Source: Octopus vulgaris
Taxonomy: Eukaryota
Direction of reading: 5' to 3'
DNA length: 64,000 bases
Assembly: GCA_951406725.2 (NCBI GenBank)
Contig: OX597833.1
Span: forward strand, 71,300,001-71,364,000
Both the position numbers and the translations under genes were made by a program. Each line of letters opens with the position of its first letter. Positions within the stretch are counted from its first letter, which is position 1. Below are positions 1 through 13,422 of this stretch, one piece after another. The notes beneath the pieces were generated by a model. It had not been told where the DNA came from. It searched no databases and saw only the letters and a program-made list of their open reading frames with translations.

Positions 1-144
1 TGGTGGTAGTGGTGGTAGTGGTGTCAGTAGTGGTGGTGGTGAAGATGATGATGATGACAATGATGATGGTAGTGATGGTTGTGGTTGTAGTATCGCTATT
101 TATTGCTTATATTTTCTCCACTGTTGTTTGTTTATTCCGTCGTT

Positions 145-440
145 CATCATCATCATCATCATCAGCGTTTAACGTCAGTTTTCCATGCTAGCATGGGTCG
201 GACGGTTCGACCAGGATCTGGGAAGCCAGAAGGCTGCACCAGGCTCCAGTCTGATCTGGCAGTGTTTCTACAGCTGGATGCCCTTCTTAACGTCAACTAC
301 TACGTGAGTGTAGTGGGTGCTTTTTACGTGCCACCGGCATAGGTGCCAGTGGGGTCCAGCAACGGCCACGATTGGTTGGTGCTTTTTACATGCCACTGGC
401 ACAGGTGCCAGTCGAGGCGGCGCTGGCATCGGCCACGTTT
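145..440 (-). mobile_element. RTE-family LINE 3' end (5'-truncated) with (GAT)n tail
   Basis: Reverse complement matches the 3' UTR/tail of the RTE copies at 1730-2690 and 47690-48800 (gttaggaagggcatccagctgtagaaac...catggaaa...gatgatgat). Confidence 0.75.
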
Positions 441-687
441 GGATTATTTATCAATATTTTTTTTTCTCTCATGTCACAATAAAAAAACTACAGTCTTCTT
501 CGATTATTTTCTAACAGGCCAATCTTATAAGTTCCCTGCTGTTCTGTTGACGACACTGATATAGGAGTGTCTGTAAAGTGCTACAGAACAACTATTTCAA
601 TGGATTTCACTTATAAAGTACTACTTTACCAATTTTCCTACCAGTGCTTAAAACTTTCACCAAAACACACACACACACACACACACA

Positions 688-1055
688 CATAAATTCTCAT
701 CTGTCCCTATCGTCATAGATGCTTTAGGTAATGAACCAACAAATTTGCACAATAACCTAGAAATACTCAGCTTCACAGAGAAAGAGCAAAAGAAACTGCC
801 GTGGATTCTTCAAATCCAGTCGATAAGTGGCACAGTGGAGATCTGTAAGACATTCCAAAAATTGTCCATCTGAGATTCTCAGGTGAAGAGATGCACACAC
901 TTTTATGTGTGCATCGACAGTTGAACCCCAACCCACCAACTCAACCACAGATTTACAAACACCAGGAACTCTCTTCACTCGGAAAATCTTGTCACTTTGT
1001 TAGCAACTGGCTTGGATTCTCTCGAGAAGAACTGAAATAAAACTCAAGGAAGAAA
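688..1055 (+). mobile_element. 3' fragment of a restriction-like-endonuclease non-LTR retrotransposon (R4/Dong/NeSL-like)
   Basis: 688-873 translates HKFSSVPIVIDALGNEPTNLHNNLEILSF...LQIQSISGTVEICKTF, matching the RLE C-terminal pattern PIVIGALG...LQ...GT..I...F. A short 3' UTR follows. Confidence 0.65.
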
Positions 1056-1729
1056 CATACACACATATCAAGGCCTTACTGAGACGCAAGCACACGTTCT
1101 CTCTTTCCCTCTCTCTCTCACTCTTTCTCTCTCATGCTTGTAGGTGATGGGCTTCTGTACAGTTTCCTTCAGCTAAATTCTACCCACACTATCTTAAACA
1201 ACATGATCTTATGGTAGAAGACACTTATTCAAAATGCTGTCTGTTGGTATTGAACTGGAAACAACAAGATTGCCAAGCGAACTTCTTAACCACAAAACTA
1301 TCATGCCAAGTTGTGGGTTCCAGATAAACCTTTAAGAAGCAAACCTTAGACAAAAGGTGTTCCAGTCATGACCATCTCGTATATTTCTTTTTACAACAGA
1401 GTTTACCCATGATTATATTACCCAATGTGTTATTCCATTCTTAAATTAGAACAGTGTGATTTAACAGTGATTTGGCTGCTATTTCTAACAGATTGAGCAA
1501 GAATGTTGAGAGAGTATCCTTCATAGCTTCACAGAGAACAGTGTTCCGTAATGAAGCAGGGATTCAATTACGTTTAAAGGTAAATTGTGCCACGGTAGCT
1601 GATAAATGCAAGCTTTCTTTTCAGGTACATGACACTGCTGTCCCTTATCCCAGGGTCTCATGGGCCCACACCTCCCATACCCTCAGGGTTGGCACACTGA
1701 AAGATAGATCTGGTGAGATTGTTGAGATG

Positions 1730-2690
1730 CTTGAAAAAGTGTCACACTCTCACAGTTGAGAGAACCTGTGGAAGAGGTAGACCCAGGAAGATCTGGGATG
1801 AGGTGGTGAAGCACGATCTTTGAACATTAAGCCTCACTGAGGCAATGATCAGTGACCGAGACCTTTGGAGATGCGCTGTGCTTGAGAATACCTGACAAGC
1901 CAAGTGAGACCACAGCCTGTGGCCTATGCCAGTGAGTATAACCAGCCCACTTATGAATACCCCTCATTCATTGGGCAATAAACCTTGCTTACGAAGACCT
2001 ATTGAGGTGAGTGAAATCAAAATCAAAATTGCTGATGTGGCCGATAACAGTACCGCCTGATTGGCACTCATGCCAGTAGAACGTTAACAGCACATCCGAA
2101 CGTGGGGTGTAATCGGCCCACTTATGAGTACCCCTCATACATTGGACGATGAACTTTGCTTGCGAAGACCTATTGAGGCAAGTGTAAACAAATCAAAATC
2201 GCTGATGTCAGTACCGCCTGATTGGTACTCATGCCAGTGGAACGTTAAAAGCACATCCGAGCAGGATCGTTGCCAGGACCATGGATTAGTTCCTGTGCCG
2301 GTAGCACGTAAAAAGTACCATTTGAGTGTGATTGTTGCTAGCGTTGCCTTACTGGCACATGTGCAGGTGTCACGTGGGGAAACAACATTCAGGGATGGTC
2401 ATTGCCAGTACTGCTGGACTCGCTCCCGTGCAGGTAGCATGTAAAAACCATCTTTTGAATGCGGTTGTTGCCAGAACCTCCTGACTGGCTCCCATGCCGG
2501 TGGCACATAAAAAGCACCCACTACACTCACGGAGTGGTTGGCGTTAGGAAGGGCATCCAGCTGTAGAAACTTTGCCAGATCAGACTGGGCCTGGTGCAGC
2601 CTTCTGGTTCACCAGTCCTCAGTCAAACCGTCCAACCCATGCCAGCATGGAAAGCAGACGTTAAACAACGACGATGATGATGATGATGAG
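1730..2690 (+). mobile_element. RTE LINE 3' end (RT C-terminus, repeat-rich 3' UTR, (GAT)n tail)
   Basis: Encodes CHTLTVERTCGRGRPRKIWDEVVKHDL*, the RTE C-terminal GRPRK.W motif. Same family as 47690-48800. Confidence 0.8.
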
Positions 2691-3828
2691 AGGAGGCAGC
2701 CATTTCCTGGCAACTAAAGAGCCTTAAACTTATTTTAGAGGTTTCAATTATTTAAATATTTATTTCTTTATTGCCTTCAAAGGGTTAAACACAGAGGGCA
2801 CAAACAAGGGGATTAAGTCGATTACATTGACCCCAGTGCATAACTGGTACTTATTTAATCAACCCCAAAAGGAATCTGAACTCAGAACATAGCGGCAGAC
2901 AAAATACCGCTAAGCATTTCGCCCGGAGTCGAAATGATTATTTAAATAATTTTAGTGTCATGAGAAGAATAAGAGATTTTGCTAACGCAGGTAGTATTTT
3001 TTATTTGGACCATAAATGATCATAACCAAATACTGCTGGATGTTTTAACGATTCTTTCAAGTTTTCAAAATAATTTCCCTATTGTTTTATCCCGTTGTAT
3101 TTCCATATTTTATTATACAATATATAAATATATCGACCATATATTCTTATATAACATGGAACGATATTTACGTTCGCCTGTTACGTCTGACCGGTGATTC
3201 GAGAATTCCTCTCCAAGGGAGCTAAATCTGTATCACGTTATTTCGTCTAAAAATTCTTCCGTTCAAAATATTGTTTTTAAAATCCTATTGTCATCATCCA
3301 AAATTTTTCTCTCTCTGAACCATAAAGCTTCTCACGACAAAATTAACAAGAACACCGTGTACTGGTGAAATAAATATTTCTAGTAACGCTTTGAAAAAAA
3401 TCAAAAGACACAGAGGTCAATTTAGGTTATTTTAAAAATATCAAGAGTTAGTTCCCTTGCAATTTCTTCATCAAAGGAATTCGTTTCCTTGTTAAATGGT
3501 TAAATTAAGTAACATGTACCCGTGCGTTACACAGGTACGTGTGTCCTTAATGTAATTCTCAGAAAGAATCAACGAAACACCGTTTGTGATGAGGCTGAAT
3601 CATTGAATGACATTTTCAGTTCGTCACACAAACCTCCACGCATTTTCTTTCAACCGAATTTCCCTCACACCGTTCGAGTCGCCTCGAGGTTTATGGTAAA
3701 AGACACTTACCAAAGATGCTGTTCGGTGCGATTAAGCGCGGCCTCTTTTGGTTGAGAAGCGAATTTCTTAACCACCCAACAAACATTGTTTCAATCGCAT
3801 GTTTTTAAGCGTTAAGAATTATTTGAGG

Positions 3829-4035
3829 ATAATAATAATAATAATAATAATAATAATTGTGTACAGTGCTCAGGTGCACTACAACTCATCTAAAGTGTAT
3901 ATATAATCAGGTGTAGTTTCGGCGGATTTCGGGAAGCATGAGAGCCTTAAAGGATGCAGTGTCATGGCAGTCAACAACTGACGCAGGCAGTTTATTCCAT
4001 GCTTCAGCAAATCTGAGCGTGAAAAAATGTTTGAT
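3829..4035 (-). mobile_element. CR1/L2-like LINE 3' end with (TTA)n tail
   Basis: The minus strand encodes KHFFTLRFAEAWNKLPASVVDCHDTASFKALM, the FF..R....WN.LP..VV......FK motif. A short UTR and (TTA)n tail follow. Confidence 0.75.
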
Positions 4036-4744
4036 TAAAATATTTGAATCGGAGGCAACTGGTAACGATGAGCGTCGGCAAAATTAATAGAAGTAGTTCA
4101 AATAACGGAATAAGTGTTGTTATACGGCCGGGAAGACGGGCAGCTTCCATAAGAGGGATATAAAATGCTTGTGTTTGCAGGATAACGAATTAGGATTAGT
4201 GAGATAATAGCCAGAGGCAAACATCTGTTCTCTTAAATAACTGAAACATGTCTTGTACACTTCTAGTGTCCGACTGGTTACACTAGTACACAGATTAACA
4301 GTGGAAAACAAGAAAACAGTCATGCAGTTTAACTCACCTCACTTGTAGAGCTCCTGAGCAGTGTAGGCCATAAGTTCGTTACTGTTTAATAGCTGAGAGC
4401 TTAACCCGTCTCTCATTGAATAAAATAACTCTTGACGAGAAAAGGGGAAACTAAACTGTTGCCTGTGTGAGATTGCTCTTCTGTCTCCCTCCAAGGTTGT
4501 GAATAAAACATCAACCGAGAAGTACAAAACAATATAAGACCACCGGAAAACTAAAAGAAGATGCAAGAAATCTCCATAAGAAGAAATGAAGAACTAAACA
4601 GACAAGTCACTGGACCTGCCATCGTCTCCGAGTTTCTGTGGTTGTTGGAATGGAAGATGGAATAACTGGTATGTTGATGGTAGGTTTTTAGACACGGGTG
4701 TTGGATGGTTTAATGGAAATACTGGAGTTGATGTTGGGGCTAAA

Positions 4745-4948
4745 CACATAGGGGACAAACAAGGACAGACAAAGGGATTAAGTCGATTATATCAACCCTA
4801 GTGCGTAACTGGTACTTATTTAATCGACCCTGAAAGGATGAAACCAAAGTTGACCTCGGTGGAATTTGAACTCACAACGTAACGGCAGACGAAATACGGC
4901 CACGCATTTCGCCTGGTGTGCTAACGATTCTCCCAACTCCCCGCCTTA
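4745..4948 (-). mobile_element. Short tRNA-derived SINE (family 2)
   Basis: A/B-box-like head (ggcgg..agttgggagaatcgttagcac...gagttcaaattcc). Homologous copies lie at ~2760-2930, 13212-13422, 31065-31277, 38445-38620, 44075-44190 (+), 53305-53400, 53860-54062 and 54530-54770. Confidence 0.75.
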
Positions 4949-4979
4949 CAGAAATTAGGGATCCTTCATTGTGATTGGT

Positions 4980-6230
4980 TGTTGTTGTTGTATAGCCCCA
5001 GGTTACCTTGTATCTGTTCTAAAAGAGTGAACCTATGATCAAAGGCACTCCAACTGTGACCCTCCAATCTTTATTTCAGGTAGTTTGCCCAGGACTAAAA
5101 TAGTCATTGTGCTCGTTAATTGTCAAGCAGGGCATGAATTGAGGGGGGAGACTTTGTTGCTATTTCTAGTAGATACACTGACCCCATAGAAGCTCTCTCT
5201 CTCTCTCTCTCATTCTGATGATAAAACAGTTTTGGTGCATCTCTACTGAAATATCTGATAATCAGGTCAAATTAAACTTTAAATAACTTTATTCTTATCT
5301 CACCAAAATATTGCTGTCACCTCCGAACAACTGACCCCCACCCCCACCAATCGAATTATCTCACTCCCTTCACAGATTATCTCAATGGCTAAAGAACGTT
5401 TGTTGGCTGTTGTTATCAACCTCGTTCCGGAATTGACCATCCTGTTTTTTTAAAGGTTCATAGGACAACATTATCTAATATGTCTTTTCCTTGTTTATAA
5501 TAATAGAGAGGGATCTGAGAGTTGCTACTTTTGGCAAGCCTGGAAACCATGTGATGACTCCCTCATTGATTTGTCAAAGCACGAAATAAGGACCCTTTTT
5601 ATGGGAGCTCCTTGTTTTCAGCCCTTCTGTTGCCCAGTTTGGCGATCTGCACCATTCTTTCACAAATAGGTTTCTTAGGTACACGTATGTTCACAAGTGA
5701 ATATAGACACCTGCTCGGCTCTCTTCACATTAGATGATGGAGTCCAACCATGACTACATCATCGAATGTAATCTTTCATAAAATAAGACAGCTGTGATAT
5801 GAGGGTGGTTTGACTGCAGTTTCTAGTCAACTGAGCAACCACATAGAGGTTCGCTCATTAGTTCAATGTTTGGCTCAAGATTAACCTTCATATTTGGCAG
5901 AGAAAGGAATGAAGGAGTTCCAACCATGACCATCTTGCCTTTCCTAAAATTATTTTAGACTTCCTTGTTTAATATATATATATATGTTCATAAGATTTCA
6001 GAAAGTTAGTTGCTATTTCTAGCAGGCCAAGGGAACACACAGAGGCCCCAGTATTGATTGCCATTTGAGCCAGTAAGAAAGTCTCTAGTTGATCATCTAG
6101 ATAGCTAGAAATAGCAGCTAAATATCTCAAAATTGTATTCTAACTCCTCACAAAAGAACATGTGAAATATTTATGGTGGTCCCAGGTTCCTTGCATACAA
6201 GACAGGATGGTCATGGCTGAAAGGCCTTAC
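4980..6230. repeat. Cluster of an old, degenerate interspersed repeat (ttgttgtttagccccagg...gaccatc...ttggctgctatttctagc)
   Basis: The recurrent gctatttctag/ctagaaatagc core occurs at ~1480, 5160, 5820, 6015, 6105 (inverted), 22180, 60775, 61690 and 62895. Confidence 0.55.
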
Positions 6231-6864
6231 ATTTTCCTCAAACCACAAAACAAAGGTTTTCAAAAATGATGTAAATCTCTGATGATCAGATGCCATTGTC
6301 CCTGCATTGCAGGCCATTCTACCTTGGCCCCTAAGCATGCAGATTATCCTGTCAAAGTAAATCTTCTCTAATCCCATTGGTTTCAGTTAATCAGGGATTA
6401 TCTCAGAGTTTCGAGACTTCAATTATGTAAATGTTCAGTTTTAGGATGACATTGTAGGGTAAGCGTGAGAAGCTGGATCTGGCCAGTTTGAACGTAAAAC
6501 ATGGAGAATATTCTGGGCTGGATATGGCTCAGGTGTGACTTTCAGAATTCTTCATTGGAGCCCCAGATTTCGGGTGCAACAGTGCCCCTGGAGGAGGAAG
6601 TGTAGAGGTTTATTGCCCCTAATTTGTGTATAGACTGTCATTTTGGTTGTCTGGACTTTTTGGTCCTAAGAAATTGTATTTTTTAGTAAGAGGGTCATTA
6701 CCTCAGTGTATGTATTTTAAAAAAATAATGTTTTAGAGAAGCAGAGGGTCGGTGGGCGCCTTCTGCCATCTTTATCATTTTTCATCATAATCATCCTCTT
6801 CATCAATGTCTGTGTCTAGCCCGCAAGTTACTCTTTGTAATGCCTTTATGGCAAATTTCTATGA

Positions 6865-7230
6865 AATAAAGAAACTTGCTTCCAAACCACACGGTGCCAG
6901 GTTCAGTCCTACTGCATGGCACCTTGGACGAGTGTCCTCTACAATAGCCTTAGCCAACCAAATCCTTGTGAATGGATTTGGTAGATGGAAACTGAAAGAA
7001 GCCCATCGTATATATATGTGTTTGTGTGTCTGTGGTTGTCCCAACACCACCACTGCTTCACAACAGTTCTTGGGTTTACATCCCTGTAACTTAGGGTTCG
7101 GCAGAAGAGAACCAACGGAATAAAAACTTGGCTCAAAAAGAAAAAAAAACTCCTGGGGTTGATTTATTTGATTAAAATCCTTCAAGTTGATGCTCCAGCA
7201 TGGCCATGGCCTAATGATTGAAACAAGCAA
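6865..7230 (+). mobile_element. tRNA-headed SINE family 1 (diverged copy)
   Basis: Homologous along its length to 7324-7730. Confidence 0.7.
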
Positions 7231-7323
7231 AACTTTCAATGCCAAAGGGTTGAAAAGTAGTCGATCCTTCCACAAAAGCCCAGAAGTCCTTTGTCTCACC
7301 ACAAAAACAACCAAACAAATAAA

Positions 7324-7469
7324 GGTAAGTAGCTTGCTAACCAACCACATGGTTCCGGGTTCAGTCCCACTGCGTGGCATCTTGGGCAAGTGTCTTCTGC
7401 TATAGCCCCGGGCCGACCAAAGCCTTGTGAGTGGATTTGGTAGACGGAAACTGAAAGAAGCCTGTCGTA

Positions 7470-7520
<51 letters not shown>

Positions 7521-7730
7521 GTGTGTGTGTCTGTGTTTGTTCCCCTAGCATTGCTTGACAACCGATGCTGGTGTGTTTACGTCCCCGTCACTTAGCGGTT
7601 CGGCAAAAGAACCGATAGAATAAGTACTGGGCTTACAAAGAATAAGTCCCGGGGTCGATTTGCTCGACTAAAGGCGGTGCTCCAGCATGGCCGCAGTCAA
7701 ATGACTGAAACAAGTAAAAAAAAAAAAAAA
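7324..7730 (+). mobile_element. tRNA-headed SINE family 1 with CORE-like box and internal (TA)n/(TG)n
   Basis: B-box-like gggttcagtccc, a ttgggcaagtgtctt box, an internal microsatellite and 3' end gactgaaacaagtaaaa. More than 10 copies occur in the window. Confidence 0.85.
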
Positions 7731-8514
7731 GAAAGAAAAAAATATATAAAAAAAAACAATTACACAGTGTTTTTTTGTTTTTTCTGCATTTTTTTAATAT
7801 TTTTTTTTACAGACAATATCTTTATTCTCTGACAATAGCGTGTGTTTATAGAAATACCTGACACATCCTGCACACTTCAATATTTGTATGATAATGAGCG
7901 TTCATGTTATGGGTTGTGGGCGTGCGTGCGTGCGTGTGGTGTGTGGGTGTCTGTGTGTGTGTTTGTGATGCGAGGGTTCGCATGTATTATGTTAATGTGT
8001 ATAGAAACAATAGTCCACATAATCATCATCATCATCATCATCGTTATCATCCAACAGAATTAATTGAGAGCCAACAAATAACAAAACTTCACAAAACAGA
8101 AAACTTTATTTTTTTTATTTTATTTTATGATTTTTTTTTTTTTTCACTTGGCGGCCGTTACGCGCAATGGCTTTTTCAGTTGGCTGGGTCAGCAAAGAGG
8201 CGGGGAGGGTCACGTACTTGGAGAAGAAACAGACAGAAAGAGAGAGAGAGAGAGAAAGTTTTCAAAAAATTTCATTGTTTCATTTAATTACAGCTATATA
8301 TATATATAGATATATATATATTAATGTGTGTGTGTGTGTGTGGGTAGGTATATACTCTTATGGGTAGCGGTTATGGGACTGCGGCCATACCGGAGCAAGG
8401 GCTACAATGACATCAATCTTTGTATTTGGAGATCCTCAACAGAACCAAAAAGGTTGAGACTTTATGGAGTTATGGCCATTGCTGAGGAGTTACCTCCACT
8501 TGGGAAGTAAATGC

Positions 8515-8592
8515 CACATATATATATATACACACACACACAGACATATATATATATATATATATACATACATACATACATACATATATATA

Positions 8593-8628
<36 letters not shown>

Positions 8629-8830
8629 TACATACATACATACATATATATATACATACATATATATATATACATATACATAAACACATATATATATATA
8701 TATATACATATACATAAACACATATATATATATATACATATATATATACAGATATATATATATATAATATATATACACATGTATACATATATATATATGT
8801 ACACATAGATATATACATATATATTTGTAG

Positions 8831-8863
<33 letters not shown>

Positions 8864-8872
8864 CATATATAA

Positions 8873-8918
<46 letters not shown>

Positions 8919-9787
8919 CATACATATATGCATATATATATATATATGTGTATATGTATATATATATATATATACATACACACACACAGGTGAAACAATG
9001 TCCATCTTTGCACCTGAAATTACATTTGCAGTTTTTTTTCTTCTTTCAATTTAATTCCATCAGTTAAGATTAATAACAAAACTTACTAAACAGCAACAAT
9101 ACTAAGCAGATATCTAATTAACACCACATTTGTTTCAAACAAATTACAGATATACATACATACATACATATATATACATATATATATATACACAAATATA
9201 TATATATATATATATGCATATATATATAATGGTTTGCAGTTGAAACAATAGCACCTACTGATGTTTAGTATGTCAACAACGAAGACAAAACTGGGAACAT
9301 AAGAATTATCGATATTTAGCAGAATGTCTGAAGATGCACCTCGACCGAGAGGAGGAGGAGGTGCCATGGAGGTTAGTTTGGTAAACAAGAGAGAAAAGAA
9401 ACCGAGGGGGGGGGGGGCTGACTATAATAGGAACTTGATTAATCTCTAAGATTTATTAACAACAGTCAGACAGAGAATTATCTCATGAAGGTTTCCATTT
9501 AATATACATACATACATATATATATATATAGTGTGTGTGTATGTATATGTATATATACAAACTATATATAATAGTTTGAACTGCTATGAAATATATACAT
9601 ACAGCTAAATGTATTGAGTAAAACTGTTTGCTTGTTCGTTCATCTTTTTTTTGTGTGTGTATGCATGTATGTATATATATATATATACATATATATATAT
9701 TATATATATATCTATACATTATATATGTATATATCATATATATATACAAACATTCTCTCTCTATATATATTATGTATTTTATCTTTG

Positions 9788-9832
<45 letters not shown>

Positions 9833-9895
9833 GTATATATATATTTATATATATATATATAAAGTACATAATTGTGTGTACACACACACACACAC
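8515..9895. repeat. Compound (TA)n/(TACA)n/(CA)n microsatellite field with short unique spacers
   Basis: Read directly. Similar tracts occur at ~26360-26700, 29045-29090, 51145-51445 and 1-90 (GGT/GAT). Confidence 0.95.
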
Positions 9896-11071
9896 GGGAC
9901 AGTTTGTTTATTGTTGTTGTTCTTGTGACACCTGCATGCAACTTCAGAGTAGAGACAGAATGATGATGAATTCTGTTAACGAGATTAATTACGCCCACCA
10001 ACAAGATAGGCGCCACAAATGATTTATAAAAACAAGCAAAAATTAAAGAAAACTATTTTTTAAAAAAAAAGCCAAGAGTCTACAAGATGGTGAAATAACC
10101 CCAGCGGTTTGTTGGGGGTCACTTTTTTTGTCATTTTTTAAAAATCTTTTTTTTTATGTGAAAAGATGAAAAGATGTTTTTTAGGGAACGAGAACCATTC
10201 CCCATGCATGAAAATATTACAAGAAATATCACAGTAAAAAAATAAATAAATTAGTTAATTAATTAAAAAATAAATAAAATAGTTAGGTATTTGGATTTAG
10301 CAAGAGGAAAGAATAATTATTTCAAATTGAAAGTGAAAAAGGACCAAAAAAAAAACAAGAAATGGGTATGAAGGGTTTGTTTTGAAGTGAAAAACCATTG
10401 AAACGATGAAGAGGTGACTTTGAAATTATTTAGTTATTTTTTAGTATTTAAAAAAATGTTTTCTTGTCTTTTCATCAAAAGTTTTTTGATGTCAGATCAT
10501 AAATACAGCAGTGGCATCACATTATGATTATTATCATCATCATCATCATCTTCTCGCTCGTTAGTGTCCAACTTTCTGTGGGAGCCAAGATTACCATTGA
10601 TTACAAAAATTATTAGCTTGACACAAAGCGAAAGTTAAGATCCATCTTCAGCTCTTTCTTACAGAACCAAATAATTAATTTCTGAATTTTAATGTATAAA
10701 AAACTTTTTTCCAAGGAAGAAAAAAAAATCATTTAAAAAAAAACATAGTAATAATAATAATAATAATAATTTTGTTGTTGTTGTTGTAAATTGAAAAAAA
10801 GACGACAGATAATCTATTTTGTCTGCAGATAATCTATTTTGAGACAAGGTGACAAGATTTGTTGTTAATCCTTAAAACAACAGAAACTAAGATACTGAGC
10901 AGAGACAATAACATTTGCCAACATAACAAAGGGGTCATACATATTATATGCATGTCTGGGGGTGGGGTGTAGGGTATGCCACCCCAATAAGAGTTGAATT
11001 TGCTCTTTTAAGAATACGATAACTCTGATAAGATCTCCTCTTTTACACCATTACAGAAATTACGTATATGT

Positions 11072-11116
<45 letters not shown>

Positions 11117-11561
11117 CCAAATTGAGGGAATGAAGCAGGTAAAATCGAGGTTACATATGTTTCTTAGCAGATCCCCAGAAATAGAAGTTACACAACAAAG
11201 GGTTTCCACTAACCACTCATCAGGTTGAAGATTACATTGTGTGTATATACATACATACAAGTGTGCATATATATATATTATTATTATATATATATATAAT
11301 AATAATAATTTGAGGGAATATTCTACCAAATATATACGTTTTATTTATTATTTTGCACATTACTTAATCATTGTTATATGTTTTATCTTATATTTAATCT
11401 TTCTATAATATGTAATTTTCTAGATGGTATAATTTAATTTTTCATTATTGAATTGGTAAAAGGTGGTTTTTTTCTAATATATATATAAACGCACACACAC
11501 ACATGTAATTAAATAAATATATATATGTATGTATGTATGTATGCATGAGAATGTGTTCGTT

Positions 11562-12185
11562 AGGTGCAGGCGTGACTGTGTGGTAAGAAGCTTGCTTTTA
11601 AATCCCATGATGCTGGGTTCAAACACACTGTGTCGCACTATGGACAAGTGTCACCTACTACAGCCTCAGACTGACCAAAACCTTGTCAGCGGATTTGGTA
11701 GACGGAAACTGAATGAAGCCTGTCGTGTATATGTGGGTGTGTATGTATCTTTCTGTCTGTGTTTGTCCACCCCTATCACTATTGCTTGAACAACCAGTGT
11801 TGGTATGTTTATGTCCCTGTAACTTAGTGGTTTGGCAATAGAGACCAATAGAATAAATGCCTGGCTTAACCCTTTCGTTACTGTATTTCTGTTGAGATGT
11901 TCTGTTTTTCTTTCCCTTACTTTAAATATAAGAAAGAATTTAGTAAAATAACTTAGTTATCATTCAGCTAGTATTAAGAACATAAATTGTGACTAAGGTT
12001 TGGTGGAAGATTTTAATTCAAAACTTATGAAAACAAGACATTTGTACTCAGGGCCAGAACCGGTTTCAACCAGGTTGATAATGAAAGGGTTAAAAACAAA
12101 ATAAATATTGAGGTCGATTCATTTGACTGAAAATTCTTCAAAGTGGTGCCCCAGCATGGCCACAATCTAATGACTGAAACAACCT
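11562..12185 (+). mobile_element. SINE family 1 copy interrupted by a TTAA MITE
   Basis: SINE homology stops at ...ggcTTAA (11869) and resumes after 12093. Confidence 0.75.
11870..12089. mobile_element. piggyBac-like MITE (TTAA TSD, CCCTTT...AAAGGG ends)
   Basis: TTAA|CCCTTTCG ... TGAAAGGG|TTAA. An inverted copy lies at 36984-37204, and degenerate copies at ~19535-19710, 38640-38875, 49680-49800, 52680-52858, 57660-57870 and 62320-62520. Confidence 0.75.
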
Positions 12186-13211
12186 AAAATATTATGGATG
12201 GATAGATAATTTGTCATATACATCCATAATTCTCTATTTTCTTCCTTCCATCATTATTAATATTTTAATCCCTAAAATATCATCAAGACTTTCTCCTTAT
12301 AGGATAGAGATTACCCAGTGAAATCTTTGGTTTATTTAATCCCTAATGAGGACCTAACATCCTCATATTGACTATATATATATATATATATGATTTGATC
12401 TAGTTTCAGCTTATGAGCAGTGGCCATGCTGGAGCACTGCCAATAACTATATAATATCATATCATAATAATATTTATATACACCCCGATTAAAGCAACAA
12501 TATATATATATATATATATATTTAAAGAAAAAATTGGCTGTCCAGTTCTTTAATTCAAAAATGAATTTCTTTTTATTTTCATCTTTTGTTTGATTATTTA
12601 TTGTTTTGCTTCTTCTATTTTTTTTTAATAAAAAAGAAATTTTAAAAATAAGTAAAACTTCTTTCTTTCTCTCCGGTAAAAAAAAAAAGTGGCCATGAAA
12701 ATTAATTGACAAATCCTTCTTTTATTTATTTTATTTATTTAATGTTTTTGTTTTCCTTTTGCATCTGTTCCCCACCTCACCCCCCAAACACACCAAACTT
12801 GTTGACAATTTTCAGATCACGACTTCCAGATTGTAAAAGAAAAAAAAACTCTAAAAACATGAAGAAAAATACAAAGAAAAAGATAATAAAAAAAACTTCC
12901 ATAAATCACTTAAGATTATACTTTCTCTCTCTCTCTCACTTCTCTCTTACTTTTTTTTTTTTGTGATGCTGGTCTGCTACAGTCACACACTACATCAATG
13001 TGTGTGTGTTTGAGAGAAATAGGTTATTACTGAAGGATTTTCTCATATATTCAAGTCAGATCAAACACACAAAAAAACCCCCCAAAGGGGATTTAGCCCT
13101 AGCCCCACCCCTCAACTCGTTTTAAAAATAAAATGGACAGGAGGAGTTAAAATCTTCGCTAAAATCTGTCATTATATTTTTGCCTTAAATTTCATTTAAT
13201 AATAATAATGA

Positions 13212-13421
13212 TTTCAAATTTTTGCCACAAGGGCGGCTTGGGGGGTAGGGGATGAAGTCAATTACATTGACCCCAGTGCATAACTGGTACTTACTTAATC
13301 AACCCCAGAAGGATGAAAAGCCAAGTTGATCTTAGCTGAATTTGAACTCAGAACGTACAGACAGATGAAATACTGCTAAGCATTTTGCCTGGTATGCTAA
13401 CGATTCTGCCAGCTCAATGCC

Positions 13422-13422
<1 letters not shown>
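13212..13422 (-). mobile_element. Short tRNA-derived SINE (family 2)
   Basis: Full-length copy with (TAA)n on both sides. Confidence 0.75.

Noticed and set aside
757-1032. Minus-strand exon or ORF with a TTTCAG acceptor
   Set aside because: Stops occur in all frames near the acceptor, and the plus-strand RLE retroelement explains the region better.
6859-7551. 230-aa ORF and similar recurrent peptides (RQASFSFRLPNPLTRLWS...)
   Set aside because: Read-through of SINE family 1 copies.
8462-10022. YIYI/CVCV-rich ORFs here and at 26372-26971 and 28855-29310
   Set aside because: Translations of (TA)n and (CA)n microsatellites.
11140-11235. Minus-strand CTGATGA...GAAACATATGTA hammerhead-like motif
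   Set aside because: Stems I, II and III cannot be formed together; at best a decayed relic.
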